Shown piece after piece: positions 35,165-46,187 of a stretch of DNA of 57,835 bases. Each line of letters opens with the position of its first letter. Within the stretch, counting starts at the first letter, position 1. Both the position numbers and the translations under genes were made by a program. Source of the stretch: a virus (lineage: Duplodnaviria; Caudoviricetes); IMG/VR virus record IMGVR_UViG_3300037462_000280, positions 1 to 57,835 of that record; one strand, given 5' to 3'. Under the pieces are notes generated by a model that was not told the origin of the DNA, did no database searches, and was given only the letters and a program-made list of their open reading frames with translations.

Positions 35165-35251
35165 GCCTCCCTGCCTCTACCTTCTGGATAATCCAACCAC
35201 TGCGTTATACGGTTTATCACGACTTCCTCAATTATACAACAAGACTGTGAC

Positions 35252-36202
35252 CTATATCAGCCACCAATCTGTCCCGTCGCCAATCACACGTTGGTAGTCA
35301 AACAGCCCGTGTAGGCTAATCGTGGCGGAACCGTCGATGTCCCCACCGTTCCCGTCAACCGTAAGGGTGTTGCCCCCGCCAGTAATCCGCTTGATGACAT
35401 ACTCACGCCCCGCACAACTTGCAGGGTCGGGCAACGTAACCGTTACATCCCCTAAACTGGTATCTACCAACACTGTGTAATCCCCAACCGCAAGGGTTTC
35501 ATCGCCTGTGATAGACCGGATAGGGGGAGGTGCAGATACCCATGTCGTCCCGTCCAGTGACCGCACGGTGTCACCGGCGTTGCTGGGCAGTAGTGACTGG
35601 GGCGCACCGGTATCATCCCCGACAAGAATGCCGTTTATCGGGAAGAACGCCTCGGCAAGTTCACTGCCACCTTTTGCCACAAGCGCGCCCGACAACATGC
35701 CTGCGAGGTTGTTGTTCGTGCCACCGTATTCCAGTGCCAACACCCCCGACCCGACCGCGTTGCTGATGTCGAGTAGGCCGCCGTTGGCCGCGTCCTCATG
35801 GTTGTGAACGCGCACAAGGCCGCCAAACCCCAGCGCACCGTCACCCCCATACGCATTGCCCGAGACCCCGCTGAGTTGTTGTGAGACAATCGCCACATCT
35901 GACCCCGATACATACCACTGGATTTTGCCTGCTACAGACTTGTGGTATGGGGTGACGACCACAGCCATGTTCTCGTAATACAGCGCAGTGTTGGCCAGCG
36001 GGTCTACAAGCGCAACTTGGAACTCTGGGTTCTCGAGGTCAAAGCGGATGTACACGGTGTTGGGAACGCCTGTATCAGCGCTTGCAACAACATTTCCCTC
36101 CCCGTCACCTAAGTAGGCGGTGCGCGGCTCGATAATGCGACTACCCAACGCTTGTGTCAACCGCTTAACGGCTGTATCTCGCTTCAGGTTGTTTGCGGCC
36201 AT
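35252..36202 (-). CDS. Tail fibre/tip protein
   Basis: Gly-rich LALEYGGT, DTSLGDVTVTLP, GTDWWLI. Confidence 0.7.
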   Translation of the reverse strand: MAANNLKRDTAVKRLTQALGSRIIEPRTAYLGDGEGNVVASADTGVPNTVYIRFDLENPEFQVALVDPLANTALYYENMAVVVTPYHKSVAGKIQWYVSGSDVAIVSQQLSGVSGNAYGGDGALGFGGLVRVHNHEDAANGGLLDISNAVGSGVLALEYGGTNNNLAGMLSGALVAKGGSELAEAFFPINGILVGDDTGAPQSLLPSNAGDTVRSLDGTTWVSAPPPIRSITGDETLAVGDYTVLVDTSLGDVTVTLPDPASCAGREYVIKRITGGGNTLTVDGNGGDIDGSATISLHGLFDYQRVIGDGTDWWLI

Positions 36203-39198
36203 TACGACACCTCATCCCATGAAATCTCGCGTATCTTGGCCGTCCCGTCAGGGGTAGACGGTGGGTAAACCAACGATGATGACAAGCACACGCGCAACCC
36301 GTTGATTTTGCCTGTCGCGCTTAGGGTGTAGGTCTTGTTCGTCCCCTCTCTCGCACCGGTCATTTGCGCGAATGATTGAGACAGTATCAAGGTTTCCTCA
36401 CCCTCATCATCGACATTGAATAGCCTGAAGCACCACGCTTCATCATCGACCACGGTACCAATGGTCAGGTCGTATTGGATGTAGATACGGCGGATGTTGC
36501 GCGGGCGGTTAAATGAGCGGATGATGTCAACCCCGCTACGCAATTGCCCTGCAAGCGGGGTGTATGCGTCCCCGTCCCATGAGCCACCGCTGGGCATTGC
36601 AATAGAGTTCCCGTTTGAAGTGACAGAGCTATCAGGCGTCCCGACCCCGTACAGGATAATGCGCGTGATGGTCACAAGCCCCTCAGGGTCTCGGGGGATT
36701 GTGTACACGCCCGACACTGGGATGACAACGCCCCACCACCCGATATAGCCCAGAACAAAGAATTCCGCCCCGCTGAACCCGCTGGGTGCTTCTACCAACT
36801 CGCGATTTGACCCGATAGACCATGTGATGGGTGAACCGGTTGATTCAATATGGAACCCGAACGCGGGCACCGCGGCCACGCCGTCTGCGATGTTCAGCCC
36901 AATCTGGTTCACTGTGTAGTAGACGTATGCGCCTCGGGCGTTGGACAAATCCATCGTGCGCGCAATGCCGATGAACCGCCACTTCTTATCTGTACTGCTA
37001 CTGGTTTCTTCACCATAGACTTGGTTAAAGCCTACATCGTTTTGCCAGCTTGCACTAGGGGTTAAGAAGTAATCTGTGAACCCTTGCGTGCCCTCGGTAA
37101 AGTCGTATTCCCACGCCCAATCGAATGTTGACGGGTCAATGTATATGCCACCCCCGCTATCCGGCACAGGGCGATAGTCCCCTAGCACATCAATTACGTT
37201 GACCTGCGGTTGCGTCGTTGTCGTCGGGGGGACGACGGTCACGATTGAGGGCGGTGTCACGACGGGAGGCTGTGGCACAATCTTTGCGCGTTGCCCCCGC
37301 GTAATAGGCGCAAATTGCACGACCAGCCGTAAGATAATCCATGTGTCGCTGTTATCCCACTCGCGAGTGACCGACTTCACCACCCATGAGGTGCTGTTGA
37401 GCAACCCCGTGTTATAGGCGTCGTAGTCATCAAGCTGCACCGTGTACACGTGGTCTTCGCAGGGGTCAAACACATCCTGCACGCCCGTTGTGCGAATTTG
37501 CAGCGCCTTGACAGGGCTGTTGATGATTGACAGCCATCGCCCGACCCGCTCACGCCCGTCCTCTTTGGACAGTGCGATGAAGTCTGTTGCAACGGGTTCC
37601 GTGTTACCCATCCCTTGCGCGCCGTACCGCGCCCGCGCAACAAACGCACGAACCTGTGACGGGTCAGTTTGCGTGATGGTAAACGCGCCCTCAACATCGA
37701 GGGCAGAGGGAATATCGGTGCGCTCATACGACAAGTTCTCTGCTACCCAATCCGCATCAACAGTGGCGCGGATACCCAGCGCGTTGATATACGTGCTGTT
37801 CTCGACAGACGGGTTGCGCTTGAATAGCACCTTACCTTCAGACGTAACGCCGACAGTCGCACCTAAGCACAGCCCCGCGGCTTCCTGCAATGCGCGGTAG
37901 ATAGAGCCTTTGTCGATGCTATACGACGGGCGCTTGAATTCTGCCAGCGCAGAAGCATCAAAATCATGCAAGTCCATCACAAACGGGGCATGATACTCCA
38001 GCAGGTAATAGCAGAAGTACGACAGGTTCCCGATAACAGGCACCGTGCGGTACCAGCGGTTTGCGTTTGAGGCGTTGTTAAGCACCTGTGTCGCGATAGG
38101 CAACGTGTTGTCGAGAAACGTCATCAGGTTCACTACGGTCACGCTAAACGAGTAGACCTGCCCATCCGACTGAACACTCCCAATCTGTGACACATAGCCC
38201 GCAAACGACCGGTTTGCTTCCGGCACGCTTACGCTTGTTTCCCACATATCGTCAGAGAACTCAACTTGCGAGGTCATCAATACCGGCGCGCCGATAAACC
38301 ACGTTTCGGTTGGGTCTGTTGCCCCCGTAACGCGCAGAACAACCGTTCGGCCACGCTCGTCTTGTTCGTCTTGCTCTATCTCAATCGCTTCTTGGTTAGA
38401 AGTGTCCTGATACGTGTCACTGATTGCCCACACATAGCGGTACCCCTTGCGCTTACGTGCTGGGTCAGAACCGCCGACTTCCGTGACCTCGCACTCGATA
38501 ATGTGCGCGCCTTCCTCGTAGTCTACCTCAATCGTCACATCGTCAAGGTTGTACCCGCTGACAAGCGTTGCGCCTGCGGGCAGTGTCCACTCGACTGTAA
38601 ACCCAGTTCCACGCCACACAGTACTGGCGCTGGCGCTGTGCGTAAGGCGTGCATAACCCGTATCAGGGTCTACCACCCCACGTTGCCATGCCCCGAGGTT
38701 TACAACCGGTCTGGGGAATGCGTTCTTGGACAGGGCAGGGGCGTCTTCGTAACGGACATTCTCGTCCCACTTTTTCAACGCACGCGAATCAGTAGGGCTA
38801 ATTCGTGACCAAAATGAAAATGGGGTGCGCGTGGCATACACGGTGTAGGTGTCACCGCTCAGGAAACGCAACGGTACCGTCAACCCCAAGATACCACCGT
38901 CCCCGACACTAATACCCCCGATAAACAAGGTGTTAGGCGTGTCTAGGCTGTAGTCCTTACGCACCGTGCCGCGGTAGTAAATCACGCCGTCGCGGGAGAA
39001 CTCGACCATCATCCCTTGCTTGATGAGGTCTTGGTTGCCGTCCGTCGAGATTTCTACTTGCGCGATAGGGTAACTGGCTACGGATGGGCTACTGCCAAGA
39101 ATGCCCGTGGCGATAATAAGCTTTGGGAATGCGTTTACCTGTAGGCCGACAACCCGTTGGTACGGGAATGTCAGGCGCTCTGCGTTGGGGATGCTCAT
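36202..39198 (-). CDS. Large tail tip/baseplate hub protein
   Basis: 998 aa, two genes after tape measure; Pro/Thr linker. Confidence 0.7.
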   Translation of the reverse strand: MSIPNAERLTFPYQRVVGLQVNAFPKLIIATGILGSSPSVASYPIAQVEISTDGNQDLIKQGMMVEFSRDGVIYYRGTVRKDYSLDTPNTLFIGGISVGDGGILGLTVPLRFLSGDTYTVYATRTPFSFWSRISPTDSRALKKWDENVRYEDAPALSKNAFPRPVVNLGAWQRGVVDPDTGYARLTHSASASTVWRGTGFTVEWTLPAGATLVSGYNLDDVTIEVDYEEGAHIIECEVTEVGGSDPARKRKGYRYVWAISDTYQDTSNQEAIEIEQDEQDERGRTVVLRVTGATDPTETWFIGAPVLMTSQVEFSDDMWETSVSVPEANRSFAGYVSQIGSVQSDGQVYSFSVTVVNLMTFLDNTLPIATQVLNNASNANRWYRTVPVIGNLSYFCYYLLEYHAPFVMDLHDFDASALAEFKRPSYSIDKGSIYRALQEAAGLCLGATVGVTSEGKVLFKRNPSVENSTYINALGIRATVDADWVAENLSYERTDIPSALDVEGAFTITQTDPSQVRAFVARARYGAQGMGNTEPVATDFIALSKEDGRERVGRWLSIINSPVKALQIRTTGVQDVFDPCEDHVYTVQLDDYDAYNTGLLNSTSWVVKSVTREWDNSDTWIILRLVVQFAPITRGQRAKIVPQPPVVTPPSIVTVVPPTTTTQPQVNVIDVLGDYRPVPDSGGGIYIDPSTFDWAWEYDFTEGTQGFTDYFLTPSASWQNDVGFNQVYGEETSSSTDKKWRFIGIARTMDLSNARGAYVYYTVNQIGLNIADGVAAVPAFGFHIESTGSPITWSIGSNRELVEAPSGFSGAEFFVLGYIGWWGVVIPVSGVYTIPRDPEGLVTITRIILYGVGTPDSSVTSNGNSIAMPSGGSWDGDAYTPLAGQLRSGVDIIRSFNRPRNIRRIYIQYDLTIGTVVDDEAWCFRLFNVDDEGEETLILSQSFAQMTGAREGTNKTYTLSATGKINGLRVCLSSSLVYPPSTPDGTAKIREISWDEVS

Positions 39199-39199
39199 C

Positions 39200-39658
39200 C
39201 TAAATCACCTGCACAAGGTTGGTAAATAGCAGCTTGAACTCACGGCTATAGTAGTCACCCGCGTTCACCGTGTTGTCATCGGCTTGCCCGCTCTCGACAC
39301 TCATCAACGCGGTATACGCCACCCAATTGCGCTCACTCCCCGACGCCGATTGGTTGTTAAAACGCCACGTCATCAACGTCACTGGCACAGTTAAAGCGTC
39401 AGGCGCATAGGTGTCGAGAAACCACTCAACCTGTTGGCGACTGAGCGTGTCGAATTGCCAACGTGTTGTCTTGCCGCCTTGCCCAAATGCTTTTTGGCTG
39501 ATGCTCTTAACCCGCTGTGTGTACACACTAACAACCCCTGTTGTATTGACTGACCACCACACGCCCCCCAGTAAAGGGAACCGCTCGACAATGTAATCGT
39601 CGGTGGTGGTCAAGGTTGTGTAATCTACGGTGCCCGCTGCAAGCCTGTAGGTGCTCAT
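39200..39658 (-). CDS. Distal tail protein-like
   Basis: Immediately follows tape measure. Confidence 0.6.
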   Translation of the reverse strand: MSTYRLAAGTVDYTTLTTTDDYIVERFPLLGGVWWSVNTTGVVSVYTQRVKSISQKAFGQGGKTTRWQFDTLSRQQVEWFLDTYAPDALTVPVTLMTWRFNNQSASGSERNWVAYTALMSVESGQADDNTVNAGDYYSREFKLLFTNLVQVI

Positions 39659-42600
39659 GATGTACTCCCCCGACGCCCTCGCGTCAACGCTTCCTCAATG
39701 ATACCGATAATCTCATCTTTCGCACCCTCGGCAACTTCCTGCGCGGTTTGTCGCGCTTGTGCCGCAGACACGACCTCCCCGACCTTCACATCCCCGATGC
39801 TTAGGTTGACTGTCACGTTGACCGATTGTCCTGCGCCAGCACCCCCCAGAATGGCGGGTGCTTTGCTGAGAGGCAATACAAGCTCTGGCTCTAAGCCTTC
39901 AAAGTACCCCAGTCCGCTTTTGCCCTTCGGGATGATACCGCCGTTGGCAAACTGCGGGATAGGGAACGGGATGGGCGTTGCAGGAATGCCACCGGTCGGG
40001 AAGTTGGGTGATGTGCTTGTGAATGGATTGATTCCAGGCGCGACGCCCACCAAAGAGTTCACCCCAAGTGGGTCTATGCCTAACGGGTCGTTGAATACGT
40101 CGTATTGACGATTGGGGTTAGCTGTAAATGTGGGCGTGCCTGTGCCATTGAGTGCTAAAGAACCAATCTTAAGGTCATTCAATGCCTTATTGGTCTTCTG
40201 CATGACACTCTCAAGCAACAACCCGCTCTCATTCATCGTTGCCGAGAGGTTTGCAATGGCGGTACGGGTGTTTGGGATTGCAACATTCGTGAGGGCGTTG
40301 AACGCAATCGACAGCAGGAAGTTTTCGGCAGTAGCGCGGAATATCTGCCCGTTCACCTTGTCAAGTTCTTGCTGGTACGACAACAGTTGCTTCTGGTATG
40401 CGCTCAGGCGCTCATTGAATGCAGCCGTCTCTCGCACCCCATTTTGGAAGGCTTCAAGCGCCTTGCGCGATTGCTCTTCGTTCGCCGCAATCTCAGCAAA
40501 AATCGCAGCGCGCTTCTCCTCAAGTTCAATCTGCTTTTGGATACGCTCTTCTTCACGGGCATAGCGCTCGACAAGCTTCGCGATTTGCGCGTCGGTTTCC
40601 TGTTGCACCAGCGCGATACGCTCAGCGGCGGCCTGTTGTATCTTGACGCGCTCATCATCCAGCGCCTTGATACGGTCACGCACGTTTTGCGCGCCCTTAT
40701 TGCCCTCTAGGGCAAAGTCTTCGCGGGCACGGCGGTCATCAATCCCAAAGTCCTCAGCCTCCCGCTGGAGGGTGACGCGACGATTGGTCTGGCTATCAAG
40801 GAATGCGCGGATGTCGTTGTCGCGAATAGCCTCAAACCGCTCACGCGCAAAGTCTTCTTCAAGGCGACGGACGCGCAAGTTGTAGTCTTCAAGCGCACGC
40901 GCACGCTCAAGCAAGAATTTTGCGAGGCGGTCTAACTCATCCTGTTGCGTCTTCTCCAGTAACTCGCGCTTTTTGGCCTCATTGTCCGCCAGCGCGCTGT
41001 TCTGCTCGCGCAGAATATCCCCAATACGTTGACCTTCAGTTTCCAGCGCATTGACAATCTCTGACCCCAGCGCCGACCGAATGCCCTCACTGAGGTCTGC
41101 CAGCGCCGCCCCAATCGCTTTATCCGTCGCGCTACTGATTTGGAAGATGTTGTCAAGAACATCCCCGAACGTGCCACCGACCTCAATCCCGCGCTCATTC
41201 AACGCACGGAATACACCCTCGGTCTGTGTGCCAAGTTCCTCGACAAGTGACGCGCTGTTGGTAAATAGGGTAGCCGCGCCTTCTAGGGCGCTAAATGAAC
41301 CGCCGTTGACAAGGTTGCCTAACGCTTGACCAATGCGCTCAGATTGCTCTGCGGCACGGTCTTCTAACTCAAACCGGCGTTGTAGTTCCTCATTGGTGGT
41401 GCGGAATTGCTCATCAAGCGCCGCCATCTGCGCGGTGAATGCGGCCTCTTGCGCGGCTGTGGCACGCAATTGCGCCTCACTACGCTGGAACTCGTCAGCG
41501 AGGTTGGCCATGCTTGTTTCAATGCCAGAAGCCTGCTCACGCAAGCTGGCAATCTCAGCATTGCTTTCCTCAAGGCGCTCAGCCAACGACCCGCTTTGCT
41601 CAAGCAGTCCCTCAAGTGAGATTTTTAGGTCGTTGATACGACCAGCGCCACGCGCAAGGACATCTTCGAGGGTCTCGACTTGTGCCGTAGCAATCCCAAT
41701 TTCGGTGTTTAACTCTTTGACTGCATCGTCGTATACAGCAAACGTATCACCAAGTGCAGCGCTAACACCAAAAGAGTCTGTGATTTTCCCTGTAGCCTCT
41801 TTGTAAAGCAACAGAGCGCGTCGCTCATCCTCAAGAAGCGCTAAGCGGGTACGGGTTTGCTCAATGCGGCTTTGTATCTCTCTCGACCCAACAGCCTCTT
41901 CAGACGCAAAAAGTTCCTCTACGAGGTCAAAACGCGCTTGCACAATGCTAGCAGTTTTTTCTGCGGCTTCTCTGAACTTTGCCGTCATCTCGGTGAGCTT
42001 TTGAAACGCGATAAACAAGCCCACACCGGCGATGACCAGCGCGCCCGTAGCGACACTAAGCTTTAGAATTGCAATATTGGCGGCGCTCATACCTGCGGTA
42101 GCACCACGCAACACTTTGCTATTCACAAGCCAGTTGCCCGTGTTCTTTGTGACCTCGATGCTCAGGAATGACAAGGCTGCGCCCATGCGTGGCAGGACTT
42201 TGTTCAGTTCAGCATACGAACCCACCAAATCCAGCGTGTCAGCAACAACGCCATCAATCACCCCCAATTCACTGAGGGATGACGCGGTTTCGCTGAACGC
42301 ATTGAATCCCTGGTCTATTTGTGCAAATGAGCGTGTTGCCGCTTGGCTCTCGCGCAATTGCGGTACCGACGCCTCTGCCGCAGTCGTTTCTGCAAGGTCT
42401 CTCACCTCTTGCAGTTCCGACAACTCTCGCGTCACTTGCTCAATTTGCTCACCTAGAGCCTCATATTCAGAGTTCAGGCGTCTTACCTCGGTAGGGTCTA
42501 CTGAGGTCTGTAGGCGCGCAAGCAATCTCGCACGCTGTTGGCTTGCTTCTTGAATCAGCTTTTGGTTGCGCGCAATCGCAACGTCCAGCTCTTTGAAGAC

Positions 42601-43455
42601 ATCGGCCAACTCGCGGTTTTCTTCACTGCGTAAGTCCGTGACGCGCAACCCATCTGCAATCGCTTCATTCAAGCGTTTTTGCTCGGCAATACGCGCTTCC
42701 GTATCTGCCTTTTCCTGTGCGGCAAATTGCGCGTTGGTGCGCGCAAGGTTGGCGTTACCCGTCAAACCTGCCTTATAAAGCTCATTGAGGCGCAACTGGT
42801 TCTTGGCTTGCGTCTCTTGCAACTTGGTCTCAAGCTCAATTTGCTTTGCGCGTGATGTGTCAGCGGGGAGCGCTGCAATATCGCGGGTGATGCCGCGCTC
42901 TTCTTCTTGCCCACGTTCGACCTCGCTGGCAACCTCTAGAACGCGACGTTGCCCTAGCAATGCCGCTTTACGGTTAGTGTCTTCAAAGCTATCCCCGAGT
43001 TGCTTGACCTGAGCATCAATGATTTCAATAGCGCGCTGACGACCAAGCTCGCGTAATTCTCTATCTGCCTCATTCACCTTTTGAGTGAGTAAGTCAAAAG
43101 ACCCTTGAAGAGCTTGCTGAACAACATCGTCATCTGGGAGGCGGTTTTTTGCACGTGCTACTTGTTTACGTTGTGCGGTAAATTCTGCACGGCGCGAAAA
43201 AGCACCCATGCGGCTTTGCTGAAAAGGGCTTGTCGGGCGGCGACGGCGCGGTGGCTCATCCTGCGCGCTACTTGCACTGCCACCACCACCATTACCGCCG
43301 CCCTTTTTGCCACCCCCTTGCCCTGCGCTGCCCGCCTCAGTATTGGCGGCCTTTAAGGTGGCGCGCAGCTTTTTGCCGAGGCGCTCTACAGCAGCCTCGG
43401 CCTCAGAGGTGTTTGCGCCCACTTGCAAGTCTGCGCGGATTGTTTCGTCTGCCAT
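39655..43455 (-). CDS. Tape measure protein
   Basis: 1266 aa, helical, TM patch, follows tail chaperones. Confidence 0.88.
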   Translation of the reverse strand: MADETIRADLQVGANTSEAEAAVERLGKKLRATLKAANTEAGSAGQGGGKKGGGNGGGGSASSAQDEPPRRRRPTSPFQQSRMGAFSRRAEFTAQRKQVARAKNRLPDDDVVQQALQGSFDLLTQKVNEADRELRELGRQRAIEIIDAQVKQLGDSFEDTNRKAALLGQRRVLEVASEVERGQEEERGITRDIAALPADTSRAKQIELETKLQETQAKNQLRLNELYKAGLTGNANLARTNAQFAAQEKADTEARIAEQKRLNEAIADGLRVTDLRSEENRELADVFKELDVAIARNQKLIQEASQQRARLLARLQTSVDPTEVRRLNSEYEALGEQIEQVTRELSELQEVRDLAETTAAEASVPQLRESQAATRSFAQIDQGFNAFSETASSLSELGVIDGVVADTLDLVGSYAELNKVLPRMGAALSFLSIEVTKNTGNWLVNSKVLRGATAGMSAANIAILKLSVATGALVIAGVGLFIAFQKLTEMTAKFREAAEKTASIVQARFDLVEELFASEEAVGSREIQSRIEQTRTRLALLEDERRALLLYKEATGKITDSFGVSAALGDTFAVYDDAVKELNTEIGIATAQVETLEDVLARGAGRINDLKISLEGLLEQSGSLAERLEESNAEIASLREQASGIETSMANLADEFQRSEAQLRATAAQEAAFTAQMAALDEQFRTTNEELQRRFELEDRAAEQSERIGQALGNLVNGGSFSALEGAATLFTNSASLVEELGTQTEGVFRALNERGIEVGGTFGDVLDNIFQISSATDKAIGAALADLSEGIRSALGSEIVNALETEGQRIGDILREQNSALADNEAKKRELLEKTQQDELDRLAKFLLERARALEDYNLRVRRLEEDFARERFEAIRDNDIRAFLDSQTNRRVTLQREAEDFGIDDRRAREDFALEGNKGAQNVRDRIKALDDERVKIQQAAAERIALVQQETDAQIAKLVERYAREEERIQKQIELEEKRAAIFAEIAANEEQSRKALEAFQNGVRETAAFNERLSAYQKQLLSYQQELDKVNGQIFRATAENFLLSIAFNALTNVAIPNTRTAIANLSATMNESGLLLESVMQKTNKALNDLKIGSLALNGTGTPTFTANPNRQYDVFNDPLGIDPLGVNSLVGVAPGINPFTSTSPNFPTGGIPATPIPFPIPQFANGGIIPKGKSGLGYFEGLEPELVLPLSKAPAILGGAGAGQSVNVTVNLSIGDVKVGEVVSAAQARQTAQEVAEGAKDEIIGIIEEALTRGRRGSTS

Positions 43456-43467
43456 TGTCTATCCGCC

Positions 43468-44180
43468 TTATCCTGCAAGGATGCTCTCAAACCAACGTTC
43501 CATCGTCGCAATATCGCTTGTCCACTCCAAGTCCTCGTCTAGCACTTCCTGTAGGCTTGGGAGTTTGTGTGTTGCGCGGTAACGCATGTACCCGCGCAAC
43601 ACAATCTCAGGGTCAAAGTGAAGCTCTAGGTTTGGGCGCGCTTCTGTAGCCTTTGCACTGTCCACCTTGTCATTTGGGTTGTTTTCTCGCCAGCGCTGAA
43701 CCGCAGGTTTCAGGTGATTCTCGACGAACTCTGCTATTACGCCTCGCCGTCTGGCAAAAAATCAGCATCCTCCTCGGCGCGGCTTGCAGCACCAACCGTT
43801 AGTTCTTCGCTGGCTTTTGGCACATTGCGGCGCGTGTTGGTGTAGGCGTCAATCAGCACGTCTAGCGCGGCCACGATGTCCATATCAGCCATCATCTCGT
43901 AAGCCTGACGATACTTCGACCCCTTAACCAGCCCCAGCAAGCCATCATCCATGACGCGCTTGAACTCGTGTGCCCAGTCTGGCAACTCCCCAGAGAACTG
44001 AACGGACACAAGGTGCGAGAACAACAGAGACACAGTAGCACTGTACTCACTCAATTCAGGGGGGAAAGCATCCTTGAACTTGGTCAAGACAACTTGCGTC
44101 CTGAACGATGTGAACGGCGTCATCTCGAACACAATGCTTGCGCCGTTCTCGAACGTGTGCGTGTAGGTCTTGTTAGCCAT
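43468..44180 (-). CDS. Tail assembly chaperone G (43737-44180) and -1 frameshifted G-T product ending at 43468
   Basis: Slippery T TTT TTG at 43761-43755; -1 frame is open into ORF 43468-43665. Confidence 0.8.
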
Positions 44181-44203
44181 TTCATGCCTCCTTAGGCGTT
44201 AGG

Positions 44204-45103
44204 TTACGGGGCGACAAAGTTGGTCGGGTAGATGATGACAACGCGCTGGCCAGCGGTCGGCGCAGTAGACAGCGTGACAACGCCGGTGGTCGTGTTGATG
44301 CTTGACGGCACAACACGAGTGCCTTCGACAGTCACGACAACAGGGCTGTTCGGGCTGGTGATGCTGGTCACACTGCTCAGCGGGCGGAACGGCAGGGTAA
44401 TCTCATCTTCAGTGCCGTTGCCGATGAACGTGGCCGAACTGTACTGGTACTCACTGCTCAGCATGTGCATCAACGCCTTGCCACTCTCAAGGTCTGCACC
44501 CAAGCCTTCCGGCGCGGCACCAATGAATGTCTGCCCGTTGAACAACACGCCCGTTTCCGAGGGGGTTACGGTGTAGGTCACAGCGTTCGGGTTCACACCG
44601 CCGTCTTGCGAACCGCTCTGACCCCCAACGCGGATGGTCACGCTGGGGTAGACGATGGTCAAGCGCCCAGCCGCGTCATACCCACTATCATCACGCGAAC
44701 GGGAACCCAGCGTCGCGACAAGCGCAAGGCGGGGCAACGTCACGCGGTTGCTGTCGGGCGTAAGCATTTGCGCGCCACCCCAGACGGTACTCACACTCGA
44801 ACCGCTGATGATTGCGTCAAAGGTAAAGTCGCGGTTGCTCACCACGAGGTCAAACGTACCGAACTCGCTCAGGCCGAGGTCAACCTCACCACGAATTTTC
44901 TGGCCACCACGGTCGGTAGCACGCTCAACCGAGGGGGTAAGGGCAGGGATGCTCACAGGGTGAGTAAGGCGGTACGGGGTGTACAAAGTACCGTTGGTAG
45001 GGCTGTTTGGGGTCTTCAGCGTCCCAATCCCGTAGCCGTCGTCGTCAAGGACGATGACCTCGAGATAGAAAAACCCTGCGATGAAGTTGCGTAGTGCTGA
45101 CAT
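44204..45103 (-). CDS. Major tail tube protein
   Basis: Position before chaperones; Thr/Ser-rich with C-terminal Ig-like part. Confidence 0.75.
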   Translation of the reverse strand: MSALRNFIAGFFYLEVIVLDDDGYGIGTLKTPNSPTNGTLYTPYRLTHPVSIPALTPSVERATDRGGQKIRGEVDLGLSEFGTFDLVVSNRDFTFDAIISGSSVSTVWGGAQMLTPDSNRVTLPRLALVATLGSRSRDDSGYDAAGRLTIVYPSVTIRVGGQSGSQDGGVNPNAVTYTVTPSETGVLFNGQTFIGAAPEGLGADLESGKALMHMLSSEYQYSSATFIGNGTEDEITLPFRPLSSVTSITSPNSPVVVTVEGTRVVPSSINTTTGVVTLSTAPTAGQRVVIIYPTNFVAP

Positions 45104-45109
45104 GGTGTG

Positions 45110-45580
45110 TTACTCCTTAGCCTGAGTTCTCAGGTTGCGTTCTAGGTTCAGTGTGAAGATGTACGCGAAATACTGGTCTTTGGCGTCACCGCTTGGGAAC
45201 GGGATGATTTGCAACCCGTCATTCCCAGTCATCGCTGACATGCTAACCAGCCCAGTGCTTACGCCGCCCAAGTTGAGTTGGACGCGCCCGTCGAATTGCG
45301 AGAAGATGAGTGTCTCATAGTCTGTGTCAAGCGATTGCCTTTCTTTCTCACCACTGGCACCCAACGTGTCTTTCTCGAGGTACAAGTACACCTCAATCTG
45401 TCGCGTCTCGTGCACCTCATCTCCAGACCCGCGCTTACGAGTAACCTTGCGAGGCCAGATGAAGCAAGCCGGTAGGTCAGTGTCGTTTATCTTGCGCGGT
45501 ACGGTATCGTAGACCGTCTTGATTTCTTCAACCTCTCGGATGATGTCCCTTACACGGTCATACACAGCCTTCCAACTCAT
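45110..45580 (-). CDS. Tail terminator-like protein
   Basis: VYDTVP...DLPACFI; synteny. Confidence 0.6.
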   Translation of the reverse strand: MSWKAVYDRVRDIIREVEEIKTVYDTVPRKINDTDLPACFIWPRKVTRKRGSGDEVHETRQIEVYLYLEKDTLGASGEKERQSLDTDYETLIFSQFDGRVQLNLGGVSTGLVSMSAMTGNDGLQIIPFPSGDAKDQYFAYIFTLNLERNLRTQAKE

Positions 45581-46176
45581 TCCAAGCCTCGCAATACTAG
45601 CCGCGCAATATCCCCCAGCAGTGCAGGGACGTTGCGTTGCAACTCATCGCGGATGACCCCAAACGCCGCATCACGGATTTCTGTTGCGTGAGGCACCCCA
45701 ACCGCCTTGTGAAACTTCTGTTGCCGGTCAGTGTTGGGGGTAAACCCGCCAAACACAAACCGCGCCCCACCAAAGTTGTTCAAGATAGAAAGGGTCACAT
45801 CAAGCTTCTTGCGGACGTAAATCATGCGCCAGCCGGTTGTGACTTCTTTGGCCTTGCGACGCCGATTGGTAAACCGATTGGTTGCCCAATATGCCCCCGC
45901 TTGCCGAACACTCGTCCACCCGTTTACCCCGTTCTTCTTGAAGTATTCGGCGTATGACCCTGTGCGGCGTTGTGCCAGTTCTGTGGCGGCGGCTTCAGCC
46001 TTGATAACCGAGGCTTCGATGAGCATGTCCAGCGCCTTACCGACTTTGGTGGTCAAGCCACCTTTACGCGCCCCCGACACATCCCCCAGCAATTCCGCCC
46101 CAATTTTGGTCTTGGTACGGATACGTGAGCGGGGGAGCGGGTTGCCCTTGAGGTCTTCAACCAACAGAAACGCCAT
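45577..46176 (-). CDS. Neck/tail completion protein
   Basis: Basic; synteny; ATG 46176 after AAGGTG. Confidence 0.5.
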   Translation of the reverse strand: MAFLLVEDLKGNPLPRSRIRTKTKIGAELLGDVSGARKGGLTTKVGKALDMLIEASVIKAEAAATELAQRRTGSYAEYFKKNGVNGWTSVRQAGAYWATNRFTNRRRKAKEVTTGWRMIYVRKKLDVTLSILNNFGGARFVFGGFTPNTDRQQKFHKAVGVPHATEIRDAAFGVIRDELQRNVPALLGDIARLVLRGLE

Positions 46177-46187
46177 TGTGCACCTTC

